Shown here: in pieces, positions 1-13,177 of the stretch
How the letters are laid out: each line of letters begins with the position of its first letter
Position numbering within the stretch: position 1 is the first letter of the stretch
Assembly (NCBI RefSeq): GCF_963676685.1
Contig: NC_092349.1
Span: 37,138,001-37,202,000 of the forward strand
Length of the DNA: 64,000 nucleotides
Source of the DNA: Mytilus edulis
Lineage: Eukaryota
Direction of reading: 5' to 3'
The notes under the pieces: model-generated
The model's database searches: none
Seen by the model: only the letters and a program-made list of their open reading frames with translations
Told to the model about the DNA's origin: nothing
Translations under genes and position numbers: made by a program

Positions 1-466
1 TACCAACTGATAAATTAAAATAATCTTTACCATTCAGTGATAACAAGCAGTTTTTTTACATCTTAATATTTTATGATGTATTTAAATGAGTAGTTATTGT
101 TGCAAACTCCATTAGAAATTTTAATTGAGATTAGTTTTGGAATAAGGGAAAGGGGGATGTGATTAAAAAAATTGGGTTCAATTTTTCTCATTTGAAATTT
201 CATAAATAAAAAAGAAAATTTCTTCAAACATTTTTTTGAGAGGATTAATATTCAACAGCATAGTGAATTGCTCTAAGAGAAACAAAAATTTTAAGTTCAT
301 TAGAACACATTCATTCTGTGTCAGAAACCTATGCTGTGTCAACTATTTAATCACAATCCAAATTTAGAGCTGAATCCAGCTTGAATGTTGTGTCCATACT
401 TGCCCTAACCGTTCAGGGTTCAACCTCTGCGGTCGTATAAAGCTACGCCCTGCGGAGCATCTGGTT
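1..466 (-). mobile_element. Non-autonomous interspersed repeat (Helentron/HINE-like end) inserted into the L1/Tx1 ORF2; runs off the window start
   Basis: ORF2 endonuclease homology stops abruptly near 467, where a GC-rich terminus (minus strand AACCAGATGCTCCGCAGGGCGTAGCTTTATACGACC) begins at an AA site. Family assignment is inference. Confidence 0.5.
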
Positions 467-1259
467 ATAATTATCATCTATTAAAATACTATTATTTATT
501 TTAAAGAAACCTCTTCCTCTGCCATGGTGATTTTGTCTTATTTTTAACGAAATGGCTTGGTGATCAGTGTATGATATCATAGCAGGTCTTATATCAGAAT
601 TGATTACATGTGGACATATCTGGACTGATCAAAAAGAAATCTATTCTGCTTGTTATATTCATATTGTTTTTCCTTCTCCATGTAAATTGAATTTTGTTTG
701 GATTTATTTCCCTCCATATATCTATTAATTTGTGTTTTTCAATGAGCTGTTTAAGGCTATTTACTGGTTTATAGTATTTATGAGAGCTATTTGATTTCCT
801 ATCTATTTTTAATAGGGTTTCATTCATGTCCCCTCCTAAAATTAAAATACCTAATCGATTATTTTCTATGATGTTATTTACCTTTTTGAAAAATTTATTT
901 CTGTTAGTATGAATGTTTGGGGCATATACATTTATTAAGGTAAAAATGTTATCGTTAACTTCAATGTTGAGCAAAATAATTCTGCCATCATTATCTTTAA
1001 CTTCATTTATTAGTTTATAATTTAAACTGTCTTTAATCATTATTGAAACGCCTCTTGATTGGGAACTTCCATAGCTATGAAAAAATTTACCTTTTACTTC
1101 ACTATTAATAATATGTTCATTTTTCTCTATTAGATGGGATTCTTGTATAAATAATGTATTGCATTTTTGATGTTTATTCCATAAATATAATCTCTCTCTT
1201 TTCTCTTTCTGTCCTAAACCTTGACAGTTTAAGGATATAAGATGTATATTGTCACTCAT
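467..1259 (-). pseudogene. L1/Tx1 ORF2 N-terminal apurinic-like endonuclease domain, frameshifted and truncated
   Basis: Motifs SLNCQGL, FIQESH, LINVYAPN, ILGGDMN, DIWR, FTW and SRIDFFL. After a frameshift near 605 the reading continues as YTDHQAISLK...GRGRGFFKINNSIL. Confidence 0.92.
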
Positions 1260-1397
1260 TGTTTTTACCTAAGGAATATTCAATTTTATACATTAAATAT
1301 AGCTGTACAATTCTGGTTCTCATAATTAGTGTAATAACCCACTTAATAGTACATGTTAATGAGACTATTATTAGAACAACATGTCTTATTACATTAT

Positions 1398-2663
1398 TTA
1401 CATGTTTGTATATATACACAAGGTTAAATGCACGGTTAACTTCTTTTTTTCAAAGACACAATATAGTAATAAAAATATCATTATAAAAAAATATATTTGC
1501 AAGAAATTACTATTATAACAGTATAACATAACATAAATAACGGGTTTTATTATGTTAACCCTTTTCGAGCTAAATTTTGTTTGTTTACATATCAATACTA
1601 TGTATCTCATACACGAATAACAAAGCTTAAGTGTATTTAAATATACAAATGTATCATTCAAATCACTGTTCACTTTTCCAATAATCAGGAAAGATTCTAT
1701 CATGATTCTCTTTGATCTCTTAATTGTTTTATCGAGTAATCTATTTTTAGATACGGTGAAAACCCAGAAATTTAGGGGTTTTTGGAATCGGGTCAGCATG
1801 CATATGAATATAACTGTAGTTATACTGTTTTTAGTTGGGTATGTCACATGTATGACGATATTGTAAATTAAAAAGAGAAAGTATTTTTGAACAATTAAAA
1901 ATAGTTGCAGATACATGTTTACATTGATTGACCTACTTAAATAGTTGTTTATTGATGTGAGTGTTTGATATAAGCTATTTTGTAAAAGAACAAACACATA
2001 ACTTTTATTTACATATGTTTCAATTCTTTTCAGGTATTTTAGAGTGGTAGTTACCATGGATGTGGACGTAGCTTGTACAAAAAATATGTGAACTATATAG
2101 GAGGAACTAATTTTCAGTTTTTGGATACCTAAAGCAATAGTGGTGTTTTTAATATGCCAATCGTTGAAATTGATACTATCTGTATCCTGGTGAACTAAGT
2201 GAGATAATGTATATGGCAGATCTTGAGCAGTTTTAAAGTTATTCCTAGTACATGTATGTGAGGAATTGACACATTTATTAACATGGATTTTATATTTCAA
2301 AGAAGTGATTTCATCAACTAAGTGATATGGAACGCAGCTAAAGTTAGTCAATTTACCAATCAAACTGACACCATTCAAATTGGGATTTACAGGTGTTTTG
2401 AATTGATTCATGGTTAATAAAAAGATGATAATAACTTTCAATGAATCAACTATTTGATCATATTCATTTGTTTTCATGATATTCATAGAAATAAAATATT
2501 TCATATCAACATTTAATATATTTTTCTTTACAGAGTGTATACAATCTAATATTGTATCACACAATGAATTATTTTTTTCACATTTTTCAGATAAGATAAA
2601 AATATTACTAACATATATACACAAGCACAAAAACTGTGCATTGAAAATCACACTACTGTACAT
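1398..2663 (-). CDS. Unexplained 421-aa hydrophobic ORF in the inter-ORF region of the Tx1/L1 element
   Basis: 1266-nt uninterrupted frame in very AT-rich DNA, on the same strand as ORF1/ORF2, starting about 20 nt after the ORF1 stop. No recognisable domain. Confidence 0.4.
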   Translation of the reverse strand: MYSSVIFNAQFLCLCIYVSNIFILSEKCEKNNSLCDTILDCIHSVKKNILNVDMKYFISMNIMKTNEYDQIVDSLKVIIIFLLTMNQFKTPVNPNLNGVSLIGKLTNFSCVPYHLVDEITSLKYKIHVNKCVNSSHTCTRNNFKTAQDLPYTLSHLVHQDTDSINFNDWHIKNTTIALGIQKLKISSSYIVHIFFVQATSTSMVTTTLKYLKRIETYVNKSYVFVLLQNSLYQTLTSINNYLSRSINVNMYLQLFLIVQKYFLFLIYNIVIHVTYPTKNSITTVIFICMLTRFQKPLNFWVFTVSKNRLLDKTIKRSKRIMIESFLIIGKVNSDLNDTFVYLNTLKLCYSCMRYIVLICKQTKFSSKRVNIIKPVIYVMLYCYNSNFLQIYFFIMIFLLLYCVFEKKKLTVHLTLCIYTNM

Positions 2664-2684
2664 TAAAGTTAACTAGGACACTGG

Positions 2685-3420
2685 TTAGGGATTTGTCTTC
2701 TGTTTTGTCGGCTCGACTACTCTTTTGTGTAATTCATCAGTCGGCGTTGTTGCTTGCCTTTTCCCCTTTGATTGGCTTGGAGTTTTCGGATCTTTAAAGT
2801 TCATATAGTGATCCAAGGGTCCAGAAGCTGACTTGGGAAGATTTTGTTTGTTTGATTTATTTTTGTTTGATTTTTTTCCATTTGTCTTTTTGTCTTTTTT
2901 GTTTGTCTGCTCACTGATCGCAGTAATTTGTTCAGGTTCTTTGTGGACTACCAATTGTTGGTCATCATCTTCGCTGTCATCATTTGAATCATCACTACTT
3001 TCACTTGTGGGTTGCTTATCTTTAGTTTCATCTTTAGCGTTATCAATGTTAGCAGCTTCAGGTACACTATCAGTAACAATCGAATCACCATTCTGATCTT
3101 GATCTGCTGTTGGATCATCCATCGGTTGTTGACATTCTTTGGCTTTATGACCTGATTTGCCACAGGAATTACATACCCAGTCATTGTCACAGGTCTCCTG
3201 TTTGTGTCCCGTCTGTAAACACTTGTTACATTTAGCATAAGGATTTACTACAATTTGGTCTTTGTGGATGAGTAGCGCTTTGTATTTTCATATACTAATG
3301 AATCTAGGTAGCTGTATACCAGGTACTGGGCTTACCATAAATAATCGGTCTCCAGTTTGACAGTTGGTAAGAAATCCGTTGATACGTAGTCTTTCACGAT
3401 TGAAGTTGTGAATTATGAGA
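2685..3420 (-). pseudogene. L1/Tx1 ORF1 (gag-like) C-terminal part with two zinc knuckles
   Basis: Manual translation gives RERLRINGFLTNCQTGDR...SI*KYK...CNKCLQTGHKQETC...CNSCGKSGHKAKEC, continuing in frame into ORF 2685..3122 (acidic then Lys-rich tail). Premature TGA at 3288-3290. Confidence 0.88.
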
Positions 3421-3434
3421 TTATCTTCTTTTTT

Positions 3435-6400
3435 ATAGACAGACATGTTCAACTTAGATTCCTGCCATGTACCAAATATAGGTTACATACAACTTATAGT
3501 ATCTATATGAAACAGATCTAACCAGGGACATTGAAAATTAACCACTGAACCATGAAATTGAGATAAAGGTCAGATGAACATTGCCAGACAGATATATTCA
3601 TCTTACCATCATTCCATAACACCGTCCACATATCTTTGATATAAGGAACGGACTAAATCTTAAAATCAAAAAGTTTTTTTTTCTTAACCACAAGTTGCAT
3701 ATTACTTTTTATATATCTATGTCCAGACATGCCCAAAAATTGTTCCTACTACTTACTTTAAATTTTGTTTCGAAAACAAGGTCACAACTGCCAAAAGGTT
3801 AAGGTGAACCTTTCAAGTTATTGGATCTGCACCAATCGACCTTCTATAATTTCTACATGATTTTCATAATTATTTATTGAATAAAAAAAGAGACAAACAT
3901 ACTTTAACTATGAACAATTGTCTGTAATTACTAAGTTATATTTTATGGACGCTTATCTTTTGATATTAAAGTCCATATGATATCATTTTGGATGAAATTA
4001 TTATCTGGTAAACCGACTATTAACTACTTTATAAGCTGTTAAATGAAAATTATGTAAATTTTAGTTGGTTAAATCATATTGATTCTATAAAGATATATTT
4101 AGACTCAGTTAACCGGACTACTTTCGTAACCAATGCAAACAATATGGCGACTTGAAAACGTAATAAGATTAAAATCGATAACTGTTGAAAACAGAATTAA
4201 AAGAATACCAGAATGCTTCAAAATTGTTCAGAGCGTATTTATTTCAGATATTTTTAAAAATGCTTTTGCCTATAAATTAATAAATAAGCTGTTTCGCAGA
4301 TTTTTATGTGCATAATGTTCTAAGTTGAACAAATATTCAAATTTGGTCATAACAAAAATGCATTGTTCCTTTATGTGCTTATTTGGTAAATCGATCATTC
4401 CTGGCAGTCGAATCAAGCAAATTTTCACAATTCATGAGCCAGTTATTTCTAAAAGTAACGTATAAAAATTATGATACATTTATATACAAATGTATATAAA
4501 CAATTTTACTGTTTTAGGTAAAACAAATATTAGCAACTAAAATATACAAAAATAATCAATAAACGGAGAATTATACATACAACTGACATACGTTCTAAAA
4601 GAATAAATAGTCCTTTTCTTTTGCGTTACCAGGAAGTAAAGGATCACATGATATAACACATACTATATATAGATATGATTTCAACAGACGATATTGTACA
4701 TTCTTGATAAAAAAAGTCTGTGTACTTCTACGTGTCCGTAAACCAATACAAAAATTTGTTTATGAATGTCATTGTAAGTGATCAACATGACAAAAAAAGA
4801 AATATGATTGCATGATATGGTTGCAAATGAGACAACTCTTTATAAGAGACCATTTGACCTACAACAACAAACTAAGACAGTACTGCATATAAAGTATAAA
4901 AGGCCCCGAAAAGACAAATGTAAAAAAATCAAACGAGAAAACTTAAGATCGAATTTATGTACAAAATAATGAACGATAAACAAACATGTCACACAGCAAC
5001 ATGCTTTTTTTTTTATTAACTATAAGCTTAAGGATGTATTTCAATAACATACAACGCATATAACATATACTTTTTGTAAAGAAAAACTTTATTTCAGAAA
5101 AAAGTAATACGACGGCTATTATCTATAATATTATGATGCTAGAATTCCGTGTTGAACTGTCTACTTGCCTTTGGTAGCTGACAATACATAACGCTAATCT
5201 TTCGAAGTTATATTTAACTATGTGAGAACCTTGAAAAACATCTCCAAAAACCTGTAATTACTAGAATTGGCAGATGGACCCCAAATGACCATGCATCCTT
5301 ATTGCACTCTTCATATATATCACATATACACGTTGCAGTATTTTGTCTTGTCACATCAATCTTAATGTGTTCTATATTTAATATAAGAACACAAATGCAG
5401 ATCGATGTAAATAAATCTTAATTGCATCTTCGTTACATTCCCTTCACCCTATTGTTAAGGTCTTTTGATTTTTTAGCAAGCGTTTCGATCTTTCATTTGA
5501 TGAAGGAGACTACCATTTGATTTTTTTTTGGGGGGGGGGGGGGTCATCTGTTGTAACATATATATTCCCCCTCACTCAATTAATATCCATTTTTGCACCC
5601 CGAAAATCAAATTTCTTGAAAACAATTTGTTAAAAAAACGCCTTAATTCCACCCAAATATGCAAATGTATAAACTCACACAAACCTTGTTATAATGGAAT
5701 ATTGTAAATAATTGATTTTTTTTTATAATTATAGAAAACAAATGGATAAAGAACAATAAAAGCGAAGCGGGACGTTTGCACTTTTTGTTAGGACATTGCT
5801 TTTTTTTCTAATGGACATTTGCGCTTTTTCTACAGGACATTTGTACTTTTTTACATGACATTATTTATAAACATTTCAGTCGAGTAATCATGGCTAGAAA
5901 CATAATATCATAAACACAGCACATTTTTATACAGCTTTTAAGTTGTCATTTGTTTGCTTGTCTGGTCACTTTCTACTGACCAATACTCTACAAAATTCTT
6001 CTATTTTTTAACGCACACATTGATTTGAATTTTGAATGGCTGCGTTTGATAGTAAGTAGGAATCTGAAAGGTCGATTTGAACAACATTGTCAAACATTGT
6101 TCAAAGCAATATCAAATGCTGCAAATTAAAGAATATTTAAAGATAATTTTAGTTCTGAAGATTATTTAGATATTTTAATTCAGAAAACCAAAAGATAGCA
6201 GAATTTTGTAGATTTAGAACAACCAATCATAAGTGACCTCACACATTTATCGTAGAATGTCATTTTTAACAAGAGAGAAAAATTCACATGCAAAAAAAAT
6301 GTTTTCGGATAAAATATTTCAATGTTTAAATTATTGATGTCATAAAAAAAAGCTTATTAAACTTTGCAAAATCATAAATTAAGCTGTGTGTATTCCAGAC

Positions 6401-6620
6401 TTAATCTTAAACGAATATTCGGCTTGGCGTTGTAGTAAACATGCGATTTTGGTTAAATCTCATGATACAGGGACAGTAACTCCTCTAAGGTCGTATCAGA
6501 CAATATGGGTCTGCGTAAATGGTAAGAATGTACATCTTGACCAAATAATTTTGCAGCACTAGATTTTTTTGTATAAATATACATAAAGGATTTCGAGATA
6601 TTAGAAATTATTTTCTACAT
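3435..6620 (+). repeat. Segmental duplication, copy 1 of a ~3-kb block (other copies ~20020-23450 and ~25955-27900)
   Basis: Long colinear matches, e.g. AAACAAGGTCACA.CTGCCAAAA at ~3775/20351/26161 and TACTTTCGTAAC at ~4120/20725/26308. Confidence 0.9.
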
Positions 6621-7245
6621 AGGAAATGCCTGTACCAAGTCAGGAATATGACAGTTGTTATCCCTTCGTTTGATGTGCTTGAGCTCTTGTTTTGCCACTT
6701 GATAAGGATTTATATCTAAAGATTGACTATGAGGGTCGGTTGAAAACAAAACTTCACGACAACATAGATGATTTCAAATTCCCAATAGTGAAGCATTGGG
6801 AAGCTGAAATCATCACTTCGTAAATTTTACGGATGCCATTACGAGTTGGTTGACCGTTATGGAATATCTGTTATATAGATGATATCGGATATGTTCCTCA
6901 TGTCGTAACTGCAATCCCGTTCCCTTTTCACGAATGTGACATACCGAATTAGACTTTTACCTTTATTTGTGACATTTTTACCTATTGTGTCCGTTTGTTT
7001 TGTTAACGCATCATTATCAATATTATTAAATTTGATGCGACTGTCGTACAAGTGAGAGGTTTAGCGCTATAAAACCAGGTTCAATCCACCATTTTCTACA
7101 TTTAGAAATGCATGTACCAAGTCAGGAATATGACAGTTGTTGTCCATTCGTTTTTGATGTGTTTTGTCGTTTGATTTTGCCATGATTGGGGACTTTCCGA
7201 ATTGATTTTCCTCTGAGTTCAGTATTTTTGTCATTTTACCTTTTA
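6620..7245 (+). mobile_element. Penelope-like retroelement fragments and associated abundant repeats
   Basis: Degenerate RT C-terminal sequence (LKIDYEGRLKTKLHD...DDFKFPIV) at ~6715-6790, flanked by the recurrent TGTACCAAGTCAGGAATATGACAGTTG module. Absent from copy 2 of the duplication. Confidence 0.55.
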
Positions 7246-7814
7246 GACGATTACCTATATTTATTTACCCCTTTGTTCCATATTTAGTCATAGCAGCAAG
7301 TTGTTATTAGAGTTACCGGTCAAGAATGAGTTTTATGTAAACACATTGTGGATAATTGTTACCAAGTATGGTTCAGATAGGCCTTTTAATTTAATGGTGA
7401 AGATTTGAAATAAAATTTAAAAAAACCGTTTACGATGAACACACAAGTGATTGCAATAAAGTTTCGACCAATCCTTAACAGTGATATGTCTTTATTTAAC
7501 TTATTTTCGTATCTTTTGGTTGTTTTCTGCTTAACGTATAGTCACAGTCACTGCTGGTAATCTACACACGCAGAACAATTGGTTCTGCAATGAAAACCGT
7601 GAGAGGATTTTCCGGTTGTGCTTGAGTGGGGTAGTTGTCACCGCTTCAAAGGGTATGTACATTTCTAAACAGCAATTTTCTAATTCAACTAATGAAAATA
7701 TTGAAAATCGGAAAATGCTATGCTGTGGTGAATACTTTAACGAAGAGATGCATCATTTACGGTTTTGTTGTGCATTGAGTAAAATTCCTACAAAATCAAT
7801 CGTTCCACGATAAA

Positions 7815-8405
7815 GGTTCATCATAACAAACGGACAAATATGGCTGTATTTACATGCCAAAAATTACTCTGAGTACAGACTTACCTGTGAAGATGGAAAA
7901 GTTTTAATGTCTGGCATCCACTAGATATAATAAAGTTAAATGCATTTTGTATTTCAGATAGATAAAATCTCTTTTGGATTTTGATGGGCATTTTTTTTTC
8001 CTTCATGCAAAAGGTTGTGAAAATTAACTAAGTTGTGGTACAACTATGAGATGCTCCCTCAGGTAAAAAACCGGTTTGTATTGTTTTGATTGTCCTTAAT
8101 TGACATGGACAAGAGGTATCTTTACAAATATAGGTGAGTTAAAGAGTTTATCCGAGTCAGTGAGTGGACAGTATCAAAGTAATTCAGGTGTTTGTTTATT
8201 TTTACACCTTCTGCAGACAGGAAAAAAAATGCCCATCAAAAACCAAGAAAGATTTTATCTTTCTTAAACACAAAATGTATTGAATTTTTATATATCTAGT
8301 GCATGCTAGGCATTAAAACTTTCCAAACAGCACAGGTAAGTCTGTACACAGAGTAGTTTTTGAGGTGAAAATACGGCCATATTTGTCCATTTGTTATGAT
8401 GAACC
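7815..8405. mobile_element. MITE with long TIRs (GGTTCATCATAACAAA...TTTGTTATGATGAACC), Kolobok-like (TTAA) or Harbinger-like (TAA) target site
   Basis: TIRs of ~200 bp with flanks TAAA / TTAA. Comparison with the empty site in the mirror arm fits a 4-bp duplication without a gap. Confidence 0.8.
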
Positions 8406-10518
8406 TTAATTGCCGAAAAAAAGTGACATTTAAATTTTGAGATGTTTCTATTAACAAAACAACAAGTTCAAATTTAGTTCTTTTTCGGTCAACTGAATTG
8501 AATGTCGTTTTGGGCGGCGTGTACGCTGTCCGAAGTTGATAGACGTCTTAATAAAGCTGAAAACTGCAAAATTTCATTATTAAATGCGTGAGGGGAGCGG
8601 TTCTGATTGAGGACAACGTGAATGCGTCAGGGAAATGCAATCCTATCTTTATATCGCAAAATGCAACAATCATAATATTTCTTTACGGTCCTATGTTGGA
8701 TATAATATCATATATAACGGTCTCATCCATATTGTACGTAATCTTATCGTTCCTTATCGAGTATAAGGAGTTAAGTTTTTTCAACTGATGTTTATAGTAC
8801 ACCACTGTCTCATGTTAGTGGAGGGTTTGGGATCCCGCTAACATGTTTAAACCCGTGGTTGTTTGTTTATGTGTTATATATTTGTTTTTCGTTCATTTTT
8901 TCACATAAATTACGTCGTTAGTTTTTAATTGTTTTACGTTTGTCATTTCGGGGCCTTTTACAACTGACTATGCGGTGTGGGCTTTGTTCATTGTTAAAGG
9001 CCGTATAATGACTTATAGTTGGTAATATCTGTGTCATTTGGTCTCTTATGGATGGGTTGTCTCATTGGCAATCATAACATCTTTTTTTTATTTTGTGTAT
9101 CATTATGGTGACAATTGATGCATTTATGTATGCTTGATTGTATATATTTATATTGATCATGTTAAATTAAAGGCGATCTTGTAGTGAACGCACAGCCCTG
9201 TACTGCGTTTGATTTTTTCTACGATATTTTGTTCAGAAAAACTTTATTTATATATTTATTGCCGAAATCGTCCGTGTAGAAATGAATTCATTAGGTATTA
9301 CCCTATCTCATTAAAATAGAAATACCGTTATATATCCACATAGGACCGTAAAGAAATATAATGATTGTTGCATTTGGAAAAAAAGATATGATTACACTTC
9401 CCCTCACGCATCCACGATGTCCTCACGCATGAAATAATGAAAATATGCAGTTTTTAGCTTGATTTAGACGTCTATCAGCTTCGGACAGCGTACACGCCGC
9501 CTAAAACGACATTCAGTTCAGTTGACCGAAAAAAAATTTGAACTTGTAGTTCTGTTAATAGAATAGAACTGTCAAAATTTAAATGTCACCTTTTTCGGCA
9601 ATTACTCTTGGGACGATTTAGTCCAGCAGCTAAGTCCAATATTTTGGGACAATTAATCACTTTATGGTAAAAGCATGAAACTAAACTTTGCACAGTGTTA
9701 GTTATGATGCTTATGAACATTTTTGGATATGGAGCCATAAAAAAAAATCCACAATGGCCGCCAATTTCAAAATGGCTGCCAACGGTCAGGAGGCAGAGTC
9801 TAAAAATATGGTATATTTTTTTCTTTGAAAATAAAAGCACAAAACTTTGCATATTGCTAGTTATGATGCTAATTAATCTTTTCTGAATATGTAACAATCT
9901 AAAATAATTCCATAATTGCCGCCAATTTCAAAATGGCCACCAACAGTCATGAGGCAGAGTAAAAAAAATTGGTATAATTGATCATTTGAAAATGAAAGCA
10001 CAACACATTGCATATTGCTAGTTATAATTCTTATTAGTTTTTTCTGAATATGGAACAATCAAACATAATTCCATAATGGCCGACAACTTAAAAATGGCCG
10101 CCAACAGACATGAGGCAAAGTAAGAAAAAAAAAGTATAATTGATCATTTGAAAATGAAAGCACAAAACTTTGCATATTGCTAGTATTGATGCTAATTAAT
10201 CTTTTCTGAAAATGGAACAATCAAAAATAATTCGATAATGGCAGACAAATTCAAAATGGCCACCAAAAGTCTTATTATCAGAAACCATATCGTGTATAAT
10301 TAGAAAGTATTAACAATCAACAAATAATTTGTGCTTTGCAAAACTTTCAAGATTTCAGGTCATCAAATCTTGAATAACATACTTTTTGTTTGTCTTTTTA
10401 ACTTTTTCGATTCAAGCGTCACTGAAATGAGGTCATTTGAAGACGAAACACGCGTCTGGCATACATAAGTTATGCACAATGAATATATAAACCAATTTAC
10501 GATCATAGTTCTTACAAC

Positions 10519-13177
10519 ATGGCTACTGAAAAGACGTTCAGGGTATCAAGTGTAGAATATGACAAACCGACTAATTCAAATAATATTGATTGGGCAAATT
10601 GCATCCTATGCCAAGAAATTACAGACGAAAAATGTATATGTCCTTTTGATTCTAAACGTCTCAATGTTGGGGTTGGTTATCAATCTTTCGCTGACAATAT
10701 TAAGAAGTTTCATGAACTACGATTGGTGCCGAAGGCATTGATGTGTGCATTGAAAATTAGATGAGGAATCTGGAATAGCACAGTTTTCTTATTGACCACA
10801 AGACATGTTGGCACAAATCCTGCAACTTAAAACTGAACAGGACAAAGTTGAATAGAGCAGAAAAAACGAACCTTACATGAGAGAATAGATGACAAAGCAA
10901 CCACATCTTAATAGAAAACTAGACATAGCTTTTCCGTTCAGTCCACCAATAACCCGCCTGTGTGCTTTTTCTGTAACGAAAATGGCCAATACGCTCTTCA
11001 TGAGTCCTCAACATTTGGACAATATACACGTGTAAGAGAATGTGCAGTAAAATTAAATGACACGTTGTTACTCGCAAAGTTAAGCGCTTGTGATCTAATT
11101 GCACAGGAAGCAAAATACCACTCTAAAAGTTTTATTTATATAATAGTGCATCTCGAATTGAAATAATGAAAAATGATAATGTCGAATCTAAGAAGAAAAG
11201 GCAAATCCATGGTATTGCATTTTCAGAACTAGTCTCTTATATCAATGAAACAAGGTCATGCGATGAGACCATAAATGTTTACAAGTTGTCAGATATATGT
11301 AAACGTTTTACGGAAAGAATAACATGTCTAAGTTCAGATGTTTCATCTTAAGTTAATAGTTCTCGCCTAAAAGACAGAATGGTATCTAATTTCCATGACT
11401 TAGATGCTTACAAACAAGGACCGTGTAAACAAGACAAGAAAACGTGATCTAGTGGATACTTTCCTCTAACTTGGACTATCGGTCTCCTATGACCGAGTGT
11501 TAGAAATTTTTACTTCAATGGCCAATGATGCTTGTCGTCTTTATGTCCAAGAAGATATTGTTTGCCCTACTAATCTACTAAAATGTATTGACTTCATCTG
11601 CTGTAGACAATATTGATCACAATCTAAGCAGTATATCGTCAAAAGATTCATTGAAGTCTGGAGCTGGCATGTCAGTTAACTGCTAGTAGTCTGTTGTTAT
11701 TTATGTATTATTGTCATTTTGTTTATTTTCTTTGGTTACATCTTCTGACATCAGACTCGGATTTCTCTTGAACTGAATTTTAATGTGCGTATTGTTATTC
11801 GTTTACTTTACTACATTGGTTAGAGGTATAGGGGGAGGGTTGAGATCTCACAAACATGTTTAACCCCGCCGCATTTTTGCGCCTGTCCCAAGTCAGGAGC
11901 CTCTGGCCTGTGTTAGTCTTGTATTATTTTAATTTTAGTTTCTTGTGTACAATTTGGAAATTAGTATGGCGTTCATTATCACTGGACTAGTATATATTTG
12001 TTTAGGGGCCAGCTGAGGACGCCTCCGGGTGCGGGAATTTCTCGCTACATTGAAGACCTGTTGTTGACCCTCTGCTGTTGTTTTTTATTTGGGCGGGTTG
12101 TTGTCTCTTTGACACATTCCCCATTTCCATTCTCAATTTTATTCCATGGTACAGGTATTTCTTTATTCCAACACATATCAAAGAATGTTCAAGGCGTTGT
12201 TCAAACATTTTACCATTCGGAACCTATGTTGAAATGCCAGTAAAAGAGAGTTGCTCTTTTACCAGAGAGATATTTAAATCTTCAACCAGCTGTACTAAGA
12301 GACCCCTTTAGTTGAAGGAGTACTTTCAATTGATATTTCCTCATTCCCAGCTGCATTAAAAGGGGAATTCAAATGGCTGAAACATGTTTCTAAAAATTCA
12401 AGTGCTAAAGTGGGTTCAAATATTTCATGGTCCACCTATCACGCTGCTATGAACTGTTGAGCCCATGTTCACATGAGGAAGCTGATTCTAGCTTGACAAA
12501 GATGTTGTTGTCTTGTCTGTCTCTTGTTTCAACAGACTGCAAATTGAACAAATTATGGATAGGTTGTTGGCACTGGAAAGAACCCCCGATATATTTCAGT
12601 ACATGGATTGTGCCTTGCCTTAGGACCATTGAAATCAAAAGGCTTTCCACTGTTTAATGCCTTTACAAGTTGTGACACAGTCTCAGCTTGGGACACATGG
12701 TTCGTATATGACGAGTTGTCAGAAGCATTTCTGCCGGTTATTGAAAATCCAAATTAAGGGGAAATTTTAAAAGTGTTAAAAGTAATAGAACGGTACGTTG
12801 TGCTTTTGTATGATTGGTATAGAACAGCTTATACGGTGAATGAGTTAAGAAAACAGTTATTCACACAGAAGACAAGAACAATTGACAACATTCCTCCAAC
12901 ATCTTCAACAAACGAAACGTGCAGCTTACCAAGGTAGTGTTATTTGAGGCAACTGTTTAGTTGCAAATGCAAGTATGCCATCACCAGATTTATTTGTTTG
13001 GCAAAAACGTGATAGTACTTGGGTACCATTCTGGTCTGTGCTTGCAGAAGATTCAATGTCATGCCAAGACCTCATCCACTGTAGCTGTAAGAAATAATGT
13101 CGAGGAGAATGCTAGAAAGCAGCATTAAAATGCACAGCATTGTGCAACTGCTTACCGGATTGTGAAAGAGATACTGA
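10519..13177 (+). pseudogene. Degenerate Academ transposase/XPG-nuclease/Cys-rich protein
   Basis: Fragments in order: CILCQE, CFFC...DLIAQEAKYH, AVDNIDHN..SKDS|FHGTGISLFQH, PCSHEEAD, FNAFTSCDTVS (XPG/FEN1-like), IERYVVLLYD, NIPPT, C-terminal CSCKK.C...KCTALCNC. Many stops and frameshifts, plus internal deletions. Confidence 0.85.
11653..12140 (+). mobile_element. Abundant ~490-bp interspersed repeat inserted in the Academ transposase
   Basis: Splits the KDS|FHGTG coding motif with a duplicated ATT. Related fragments occur elsewhere (e.g. ~8800-8860, ~33900-34140 reversed, ~52420 reversed). Confidence 0.7.

Larger units (their letters stand above)
467..3420 (-). mobile_element. Tx1/L1-clade non-LTR retrotransposon relic (ORF1, long inter-ORF region, ORF2 endonuclease)
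   Basis: A gag-like ORF1 with two CCHC knuckles is followed on the same strand by an APE endonuclease ORF. Both are disrupted and the element is truncated at both ends. Confidence 0.9.

Noticed and set aside
2833-3238. Overlapping ORFs 2833..3096 (+) and 2948..3238 (-)
   Set aside because: Alternative-frame shadows of the retrotransposon ORF1.
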